A DNA stretch of 60,425 nucleotides, counting the filler, from Dimargaris cristalligena (Eukaryota), in NCBI GenBank assembly GCA_003614675.1. It is 3 parts of 3 records of this genome, joined end to end, with 100 filler letters (N's around TTAATTAATTAA, not from the genome) between each part and the next. Parts side by side here need not be neighbours in the genome. Positions count along the whole stretch, not along the records: positions 40,365 to 60,425 come from ML002709.1; 2 more parts are not named here. One strand, given 5' to 3'. Position 1 is the stretch's first letter; the number at the start of each line of letters is the position of its first letter. The notes under the pieces were generated by a model that worked only from the letters and a program-made list of their open reading frames with translations, did no database searches and had not been told where the DNA came from. This document shows, one piece after another, positions 51,901 through 60,425 of the stretch. The position numbers were made by a program, and so were the translations under genes.

Positions 51901-53233
51901 ATGGAGTGCCTGTAATGCCCTATATTTTATGACTCATGAATTGCCATTGCGCTATCCATAACCCCCAGATAGGCCTATCGCTTTAAAACCTGTACGCTAC
52001 AGAATTAGCAAAGCAGTGTCTACGTGGTTTTTATGCTACCGAATTGGCAACCACAGTGGTCGAAGAATTCGCAATAATGCCAATCCTATAGCATTACAAG
52101 GAGCTTTTATTAAAAGGGGGAAATTAGTAGTAACTTATTTAACGGTCTAAGGCCCCTTTCCCTCGGTAGTGCAACTGCAACCTGGTCAGTGTAGACCCTC
52201 CACTGGTCATGTTTGATCGGAGGGATGATGCATTTTTAGAACCAGCAGTTAGGTGGGTTATTTATAGACCATCGGCAGATCATCTTTCTAATTCTAAAAA
52301 TATATTTAAGGGCGAAGGAACACTGTATCCCCCTAGGATGTGTACGCCAAGGAAACGAGGGGTATATAAAGGTTAAACAAATGTGAGGGAGCGAAGAATG
52401 TGTTTAGGGTAGTATATAGTGAGCACCCATAAGATTACTGAGTCCCCCCTTTTTTCTTTCCCCCATCACATATGTTCATTAATATATTCACCTCCATTAT
52501 TTCCTTAACCTATCCTACGCAGGTGCACTTTCCAAAAACCCAATAATAAACATACTGTGTAATAGTGAATGTAAAGGTTGGTCTATGGCAGACCAATTCG
52601 TACGAAGGGTCCAGAAATGGTGAGTTAACTCAGCGATGCCCTTCAAAACTGTTTGGCCGCCATATCATTAAGATTATCATAAAATCTGCTCTGGAAAATG
52701 CCAGACAAACGGAATGACTAATGAACTCTGCATAGCCCACTGAGTGATATCCAAAGTACAGGCTTGTTAAACTGACCATTTAGTTTGTACCCCATTAAGC
52801 TGATATTTATGCAAGTGCCCGTACAGGATATATTATCTTTTCGATAATGCAATATACCCCAGGGTAGAGACTGGGTATTTTTAGGTACCACAATAATCAA
52901 CCTCTAAGTTCACATTTACTCTCTCAGATAGTTGAACCCATAAATTAGTATATTGGTAAAGTGGTTTATATTGTTATTTCTAACCCGGTGGTTGAGGCCC
53001 GCCCTGCCAATAATGACATGACAGTACCTTTGCCAGAAGGTGGTGGGGTTAGAGACCTGGTTATTCAGACACCCCGACCACCAATGAATACCGAACCTAT
53101 CCACGAGTAGTAGTGTGCCCAACCCTCGATGCTCGCCATCATACAAGGTTACCTCAAGGATCCAAGGCCCAGCAGGGACAGTCTCATATGTGTCGTGTAT
53201 TATTAGCAGTCGCGCGATAGAATATAACCCAAC

Positions 53234-53376
53234 TATATAAAGGGTGTTTGGCCAATGCAATATTACTCACTTGGTTTACTAGCGCCCCTATCACCATTAC
53301 CTTACTTCACCCCTGTATATCTCGCTTAGAACCTCTAGTTAATAAAACTCGCTCGTTACATTTGCTAGTCCGACAG
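53234..53376 (+). other. Dispersed TATA-anchored conserved element, copy C
   Basis: TATATAAAGGGTGTTTGG (core 53234-53246), 26 nt, GGTTTACTAGCGCCCC (core 53273-53283), then CTCTAGTTAATAAAACTCGCTCGTTACATTTGCT (53333-53366) and CCGACAG. Confidence 0.7.
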
Positions 53377-54554
53377 TATGAGGTCAGTTAATTCATTTGG
53401 CAAGCATCATGAATTTTGTTTCATTGTGGAGGAGAGGTGCTTGGGAATTAAACAAACGGGGGCTGGTTACTGTAGAATCGGTTAGCAGTACTACCACAGC
53501 CCCCAACCATAGGCGATGTGTGGGGTTAACATTAGTACCGGCTATCGGATTATTCCTACCAATTGCAGTTGACTACTATATCTGATAGTGGCCACATCTG
53601 GCGAGGTCTCTTTTGCGACCTGGGCCATTTCCCAAGATACTCCTACTTTCACTAAGGCATTGGTATTAGAATTGGGCAGATTCGCCGTTATTCCATGGAA
53701 CTGCCAACGAAAGTTGGGGAATAGGGGATGTTGGGCGGAGTCGAGCACTGGGGATATAATATAATTGGATTGGTCTACACTGGCTAGTATGTTTAATTAA
53801 CCGTACTCGGTTATTGCTGGTGGTACTGTACTGCAAATAAAGCAACTGATAGTGCCTTTATGGTGATAGAATACGGGTAATTAGTCCTTCCAAATCATGT
53901 AGCCATCCGCCCGATAGTGCCGTTTCTAGTTGGGACATCCTGGTATTTACATACACCTTTCAACGTGTTACCCAGTTGTTTACTTTGAATACACAATTTT
54001 AATTGGGCGTAGTTCAATGAGCGGACTAGCGAATAATCCATTTAGTATGACGTATTGCCGGTAAACAATAAATTCCCAATCTGGTTTCCCGTCTGCGTGT
54101 CATTTAAAATTACATGCAACCTTTTTGAATTTCATTCCTACAGATAAACCGCGCTGGTTAGTAATAAATATCAGAATGTGGTACTTGAAAAATAATATTA
54201 GATATGTTCTTTTTTTTCTCATGTAGATTCCTTCGATGCATAGCTTTCATGTTAAGGAAATTTCGGGGGGTTTTCGGACGTGATATCATTATATTTAGTA
54301 AGGTGCTACCGCCTAGTCAAATGACACCTCGATTACCTCACTGACACTCCGCTTGGCATCAGCAAAAACGGGGTAACATACCTTCCATAACGATCAGATA
54401 CACGATTAAGGTAAATCAAATAATATTTTTATTTTCATCCATATTCGACTTTACGAGGTTCCCTTTTGGCCAGTCAACCACAGCCCTCCGATACAGGTAC
54501 CAAACCCTAAAGATTAGTACACAAAAAACATTGGGTGGGGAGAGACGAACCAAC

Positions 54555-55517
54555 CTAGATAAGTTTCTGAAGGCGATCGGAAATGCTGAGCTGGGTCCGG
54601 GTAAGATCTGACAGGTACACCACCATAAGAAGATCCTGCAGGTGGCTGTTGAACATTTTCTCGAAGCTGGTGGCCTCAATCTTGGGGGTAGCAGCCAGCA
54701 GGTCCATCAGATAGCGACCCACGAGGTTATTGGGGCTCACGTCGTTGGCTAGTACTTGGTCGACGTATTCGGTGACGCGCTGGAGCATGGCCTTGAGCTG
54801 CAGAAGGGCCTGTTCGAGGTTGTCCATATCGCTGAGCAGACTGACGGTGTGGTCGGGCTGGCTTTTGGCGGCATTGACCACGGCCAGACCGTTGGCGTCG
54901 GTCTCGTTGCACTTGACGGTGAAGGGAACGGGGACAAACATGCAGTTTTCGGGCTTCATCAAGGTTCCGACAGGGCTGCTGACGAACGTGCGCACTCCCA
55001 GGGTATCCCCGGTCAGGTTGGTGTCCAGGACTAGGTGCACGGCATTGCCGACGCCCACCTCGCGGTTGTAATAATCCTGAATGAGGGCGGAGTAGGAATT
55101 GAGGCCGCTGCCGGTGGCGTACCAACCGACGATGACCTCCTTCGGGTTCACCCGCTGGTGCAGCTCGAGCATGGTGTGGTGGTGCTCCATGTCCACTTCG
55201 ACCTGATCCTCGGTCTCGTAGTGGGGCACGGGGAAACAGTTGGTGATCTCGATGCTCTTATTGTCATCGGAGGGGGCGCCGAGCAAGGTCCCGATAACCC
55301 GGTCCTGGTTCTCGTTCCGGCGGAGGAAGTGGTCGAGGATGGCGAAAAAGACGAGGGGCCGGGCGACGATGGCGGAGCTGGTCGAGGAGGTGGTGGACGG
55401 GCTCAGATCGGCGGCAGTGGCTTGCCGAGCCACGGAATCCAAGGGGACCTCGGCGAGGTCTTCCACATTATGGGGCAGGTCCAGATGAAGGATGAGGTCG
55501 GATTGGTGGGTGATCAT
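54555..55517 (-). CDS. EIF3F: Eukaryotic translation initiation factor 3 subunit F (MPN domain), 320 aa
   Basis: PLVFFAILDHFLRR...RVIGTLLG...EITNCFPVPHYETEDQVEVDMEHH...VNPKEVIVGWYATG, and C-terminal FEKMFNSHLQDLLMVVYLSDLTRTQL. Confidence 0.96.
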   Translation of the reverse strand: MITHQSDLILHLDLPHNVEDLAEVPLDSVARQATAADLSPSTTSSTSSAIVARPLVFFAILDHFLRRNENQDRVIGTLLGAPSDDNKSIEITNCFPVPHYETEDQVEVDMEHHHTMLELHQRVNPKEVIVGWYATGSGLNSYSALIQDYYNREVGVGNAVHLVLDTNLTGDTLGVRTFVSSPVGTLMKPENCMFVPVPFTVKCNETDANGLAVVNAAKSQPDHTVSLLSDMDNLEQALLQLKAMLQRVTEYVDQVLANDVSPNNLVGRYLMDLLAATPKIEATSFEKMFNSHLQDLLMVVYLSDLTRTQLSISDRLQKLI

Positions 55518-55897
55518 TGTGGATAAACAGATAAACTGGGAGTTGAAAAAATGGAGGAGGCCGGGGAACGGGTAGAGGCGGCGAACAATAGCAACGGAGA
55601 GATGAAGAGAGGCCTTGGGGACTCAGGAGAACTGCTGTACGGTACGGCTCGTTGAACAAGTAGTAGAGGGGTTGAATCACGCCTTACCTTAGAATTTTGG
55701 TGAGGGTGTCGTTTCTTCCTTCTGTCTAATCGCAGCTGGCCGAGAGGGTGGTGTCCCTTTACTTAGCCGGTGTTGAAAAAAAAGACCGCCAGAATAAGCG
55801 GGAGGGCAGGCCACTCCTATTGTGGGGGGGAAGCGACGGACGGGCTTCCTTTCTCACACCACCTAGTACGGATGGGATAGCAACGAAACCGAAACAT

Positions 55898-55907
55898 ATC
55901 ACGTGAT
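55898..55907. promoter_or_regulatory. Palindromic E-box ATCACGTGAT in the divergent eIF3f/MSS51 promoter
   Basis: Perfect 10-bp palindrome (Cbf1/USF-type bHLH site) near the middle of a 760-bp head-to-head intergenic region. Confidence 0.45.
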
Positions 55908-56279
55908 TAAAGAACCCACCACTTACTCCTAATCTGGTTGGGTGGCCATTATGGCCATTGCCTACAGCGAATACTATGATATCCCGTTAGTTACTACTAG
56001 TAGCTGGTGAGATACTCCCAACCCTGCCTTGACCCACCCACACACCACAGCTCTAAACCGAATAGTCCACTAAACGGAGCACAGAGCCCACAGAAGCCCA
56101 TATTCGTTTTGGGCCCCCTGTATCCCTCCAGCCACTCGCATTCAAGTGGGGCGACTTCTTTGGCCCAACTTGTCTGATTTGCTTACCATTCAACTACTAT
56201 TGTCTCCTCTTCAATTCGCCTCTTCGTGATCCCCCGAATTCCACACAAGGCTCCTAGTCGCCGCTTTTGCGATCCAGCC

Positions 56280-57975
56280 ATGTCCTCCGCCTCACTCGTC
56301 CGGTGGTCCTCCAGTGGCCTGCGCCGATCCCGCCTGCCAACCGGCCGGTCCCTTCGTTCCGATGGGGAGAATCCCTCGCGCCGGTTCCTGCGTACCTCGG
56401 CCGGGTCTCAATTCTGGGGCATCTTCAGCCAGAAGCAGCCTCTACCCACCCTAGCCGAGCGCACCACCGCGTCAACCCCCAACCGCCCCACCACCCAAAG
56501 CTCCCGCTTATCCACCCGCCCCGGATTTTGGAGCCGCCTCATGGGAGCGTCGGCTAAACCACTTCTCCAACCCGACAACCTGTTCCACCCGCTTGCACAG
56601 TCCCCTATCCCCGCTATCCGCGAAAAGCACGTCTACATCGCCGAGCACGGCTGTTGCCCCGTCTGCGTGAACCACGAACCCTTCACCAATCGCCTGATCC
56701 AACATATGTCCCCCAAGGCCGATGCCGCTCCGTCTGCCCGTGCCGACCAGCAGGTCTTGACCCTGAATAAACAGCAGTCCAAGCCCCCTACGTATGAGTG
56801 CCCCGACTGTGGCTATCCCACCCACTGTTCCGAAGAGCATTACCTCCAGGATAAGGCCAATCACGACAAGGTCTGCGGTTGGCTCAAAGAAACCAATATG
56901 GACGACCATGATTTGCGTTCTGGTCGCCGTTTCCGCGAGTTTGACTTCCCGAGTAAGTTAAGCCCTCTCAATCACTTAGTATAACCTATAATTATTGCCA
57001 ATAGACTACAATCCCCCTAACTAAGAGGGTGTTGCCCAAGGGACTAGACGAATAACCTTTTGGGAAATTGCCCCGTTCTAGTGACCCCTCCACTCACCAC
57101 TTTATTATGCTTTCTCGTACTTTAATTGCCCATTTCCAGAGAAGCAGCCCAACGAAAACACCATCAATTTGGCCAACTGGGACACCCTACTGTATACCCG
57201 TGGCTTCCCTAGCCTAGTGAGCCAGCACGCCATTCACCACATCACCAAACTACTCACCTACCCATTGACCATCGGCTCGCTGCTCCACCCCCTCAGTCCG
57301 TACAACTTGAAGAACGCCCTTACCGTGGAGGGACTCCGGTCGCTCACGGCCCTCCGCACCACCCTGGGCGAACACTCCCAGATGAGTACCCGCAAAGACG
57401 TCATCTTTGACCCCATTCGCGTATTTATCGTCGGCGCCCGGGCGGAGGCTATGCTGCCGCCCCACGTCTACTCCCAGCTCGCCTTCATGTTTCCCCATAG
57501 CCCTTTCCATATCTACTTTGTTGGTCCCGAGGCCACCCCTCCCCCAGGCAACGATAGCACGCACCTCGGCGTTTCCCTGCAAATGATGCTCCGGTGGGAG
57601 CGTAAACTATTCCACGAATTCTACCACGAAGTCACCCCGTTCGACCCGTACCGCGACGTGTTCTTCCTCTTTAGTCCGGGCCTCGGGTACCCGTTTGCCC
57701 GGTCACTCTGGCGGCCTACGTTGGAACTCATGATCCAATCCCAGTGCCCGATTTTCGTGACTGCTTACAACCAATCGGACATGAATGCCGATGTAGCCAC
57801 CATCGAGGAGGACCACAAGGATACGTTTGACTGGCTGGTTAAGCCCACCGAAAATACGTTCCGTTCACTCAAGAAAGAAATCAACCTGCTTGATTTGACC
57901 GAAACTTCGCAAGCCAATTGGTACGTGTACGGTATCCGGGGAAAGAAGTACGAAGTAACCTTTACAGGCGAATAG
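56280..57975 (+). CDS. MSS51: Mitochondrial protein Mss51 (COX1 translational activator), 2 exons (56280-56952, 57140-57975)
   Basis: R/S-rich mitochondrial presequence; LLQPDNLFHPLAQSPIP; ECPDCGYPTHCSEEH; DDHDLRSGRRFREFDFP; NWDTLLYTRGF; RVFIVGARAE; NWYVYGIRGKKY. Phase-1 GTAAGT...CCAG intron. Confidence 0.95.
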
Positions 57976-58990
57976 GTGCTAGCAAAAAGGCGAAGGTATG
58001 CTTGTAGAGTCTTTTTCAATCTATAGCCAGTTGTACGAGTGGGTGCCCGTTGGTTGGAGGGATCAAGTTTAATTCACTTATTAATATATAGAAAGGCATC
58101 ATACGCCCACTTTCCCCTTCTTTCATAGTAGATGTGGGTGAAACTCAGACCCATCTGTATACGAGTTTGGATGTCATGTAAATGGAGGCATAATTAGTGA
58201 ATTTGTTGGGAGCTGTTAGTAACTGCTGTATTGCTTGAGGGTTTCGTTTTGTAACCAAATGAAACTGCTCTCATGTTAACGCACTATGAATCCCCCTAAT
58301 ATATATACCCCATATTGGATTGTATGTATATCGCCCCCTCCCCCCCCCAAGCCCAACATTTATGACAGACTACAGCATATTTTTTTATCATTACCTTTAT
58401 TGTTATACCATTCTTAATAATGAATCAGTAGTGTATCTGCCCTGACCAATGTCGGCCTTTTATATCTACCTGTCCTGCTCCCAGGTTACAGTTGCCCAAA
58501 TACCCCAGTCATTATGAGCACCTTGAATGTCCCATTAATGAATATGAACAATAGACAAGAATCTTGTCATGACATTCCCATTGTTGAAATACCTATCACT
58601 AAGGTTACCCCTATCAGTTCCATTAGGTTTTGGGCAACCATCTTCTTGCCTCTGTTTCTATTTTTACTACCATCACCTCTTTTATAATATTAAGCATAAT
58701 GTCAGCTGTAATGCAATTTTACACCTGTTGCTGTACTCCCATTCTCCTGAGTAATTTCAATTACTCCATAATACACCATAGTAAAACATTGGCCCAAATC
58801 TCAAAAATTGGGTATATCCATATCAAATAATTTGAATACCCGTCCTATATAAGCAATATCCCTATTTATTGACCTTGGTTTACATTTAATATTGTATTTC
58901 AGGTCTGACATTGTTTCAGCAATTATGCCCTACTCAATAAACACATTTTATTTAATGGATGGCCATCAGCCAACAGCAATTACAAGTGAA

Positions 58991-59245
58991 TTATTTACTG
59001 TCCTTGGTCACTAAACCCTTGTTCTTCTTCTCAAGCTCTTTGATCTTGATGGCCAGGTTGGCATATTCCTCCTTCTTACTCTTGACCAGACTATTAGTTG
59101 ACTTGAACATATCCAATAAGCCACAGCACAGGAGAGTGATGGGAGTCCCAGCTGATTGGGTTCCAGACAAGGGCAGAGCCATGGCAAGGGTGGTGGCAAG
59201 GGTGCTGACATTGGCCAAAGCAGCAACAGCAATGGTGAAATACAT
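58991..59245 (-). pseudogene. CpG-decayed small secreted prepropeptide gene (84-aa frame still open)
   Basis: MYFTIAVAALANVSTLATTLAMALPLSG aligns codon-by-codon with the 40802 signal peptide. LLCCG (CTG TGC TGT GGC) sits where LQRRG/LQRRD is expected. No CpG in the region; CTATAAATA at about 59549-59557. Confidence 0.6.
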
Positions 59246-59699
59246 AGTGAAAGTGGAGGGAAGAGTAGTGGGCACAAAAGGTTGGAAGGGTTGGATAATG
59301 GGTGAGGTGCCTAATTAGATGAAACTGGGTGAAAGGCTAATTAGCACCTGAAGCCAAGGTGATAAAAAGGGTCTTTTTGCTAAATACAAGGAAAAGGAGA
59401 ACAGAGAGTAAACTGAGTAGTAGCTAATAGTCACCTGAAGCTAAGGTGGTATTAGTGTTCTACAAGGGGGTCAAAGGAGTCAGATAATAATGTCTAGGAA
59501 GTAAGGGGCCAAAGTTGTCTGTCCTTTCAAGGGGATGAACAAGGGGTGTATTTATAGTTTTTTCATCCAAGGGGAAATAAAGGGAGAATCAGAGGGAAAT
59601 GATAGATTAGTCATCAACATGAGAACTTATGCATGTGATATAACTATAAACTAATTGGACTAGACTTGGCACATGGAAAGGCTTAGCATAAACAGGGGG

Positions 59700-59865
59700 A
59701 CCAATCAATAGGATGGTGGGCTGGTAGTTATGTAAAATATAGCCAGTGATATGTAAAGACCAATCAAGGAGCTGGTGGCATGTGGTTATGTAAAATATAG
59801 CCAGAGGTATGTATAAACTAGACAAGGGGCTGGTGGCATGTGGTTCTGTAAAATATGGCCAATGA
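59700..59865. repeat. Three imperfect tandem repeats of about 58 bp
   Basis: Units start at about 59700, 59759 and 59817 and share GCTGGT...GTT(A/C)TGTAAAATAT(A/G)GCCA. Two units begin ACCAATCAA. Confidence 0.8.
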
Positions 59866-59903
59866 AATGGAAATGGAGAGAAGGAGGGAGAAAGAAAATT
59901 TAA

Positions 59904-60425
59904 TGTGGTGTAGGCACCACACTCTCCCTTCTTAAGAGAAGAGTATATTCTTCAAAGGGGGTCTGGGCATCTATGGGCTGGCTTTATTCTGGATGAATGT
60001 ATGGGTTTCCTAGTGAGCTGGAGTCTGGTGGGGGTCAAGGTGTATGTGTTCCAACTAAGCTGGGTGGCAATAGTGAATGGGCCTAGCCACCTGGGTTCAA
60101 AGGTCTTGGCTGTGATATTCTTGACCATAACTGAATCACCGGGGTTGTATACACGAATTTTGGGTTTACTAGACCAGAATTTTGCCTTAAGGTTCCGATG
60201 CGCTGAGATTCTTGCTTTGAGTGCCTGGCTTCTGACCAACTGAAGATTCAAAAATCGGCCGGTGGGATCTGGAAAATGGGAAGGGAAGTCAACAGTAGGT
60301 TCAATCTCTTTTAGCATATTAGGGGTGCCTGGGAGTCTGGGCTCAACACCATACAAGAGAGTAAATGGGGTAAAGCCAGTGGTTCTGGACCTCTGGGACC
60401 TGATCATCAAGAGGGCAAATGGAAG
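59904..60425 (-). mobile_element. 3' end of a Ty3/Gypsy LTR retrotransposon: integrase C-terminus, polypurine tract and start of the 3' LTR
   Basis: TTGFTPFTLLYGVEPRLP...YNPGDSVMVKN...FEPRWLGPFTI...NTYTL...IHSSRIKP (integrase end plus GPF/Y module), stop at 59952. PPT AAGAAGGGAGAG (59922-59933) is immediately followed by TGTGGTG from 59921. Confidence 0.9.

Noticed and set aside
52370-52400. Minus-strand TTCGCTCCCTCACATTTGTT resembling box 2 of the dispersed element
   Set aside because: No TATAAAGGGTG or ACTAGC box at the expected spacing.
59700-59865. Spaced repeats as a CRISPR-like array
   Set aside because: Whole units are similar with no unique spacers, the context is eukaryotic and there are no cas genes; ordinary tandem repeats.
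59952-60410. Ginger-type DNA transposon instead of an LTR retrotransposon
   Set aside because: A polypurine tract directly abutting TG after the integrase stop fits a Gypsy element better; RT/RNase H lie outside the window, so this is not fully excluded.

Overview
Eukaryotic DNA with GT-AG introns, clearly fungal. The NRPS end, the animal-like Lst2 gene and the lineage-specific secreted proteins suggest an early-diverging fungus such as the zoopagomycete mycoparasite Dimargaris (inference only). The window is three unrelated pieces (1-20103, 20204-40264, 40365-60425) joined by artificial 100-nt N44-TTAATTAATTAA-N44 linkers. Piece 1 holds the 3' end of an NRPS, NAC-alpha (EGD2), two tandem paralogous secreted proteins ending in PY motifs, a 6-exon PhyH-family dioxygenase and a FYVE-less Lst2/ZFYVE28 homolog. 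Piece 2 holds a CpG-depleted repeat relic, a long gene-free stretch, a GATA factor and a 2-exon secreted protein. Piece 3 holds a 54-aa secreted prepropeptide gene missed by the ORF track, an HMG-box factor, eIF3f, MSS51 and the 3' end of a Ty3/Gypsy element. Two observations stand out. (1) A dispersed three-copy element (TATATAAAGGGTG, exactly 26 nt, RGTTYACTAGC, about 50 nt, second box) is conserved in nucleotides but not in reading frame. (2) Several secreted precursors share a signal peptide-LP...LxRR layout, and a CpG-decayed member lies directly downstream of or within the Gypsy 3' LTR.
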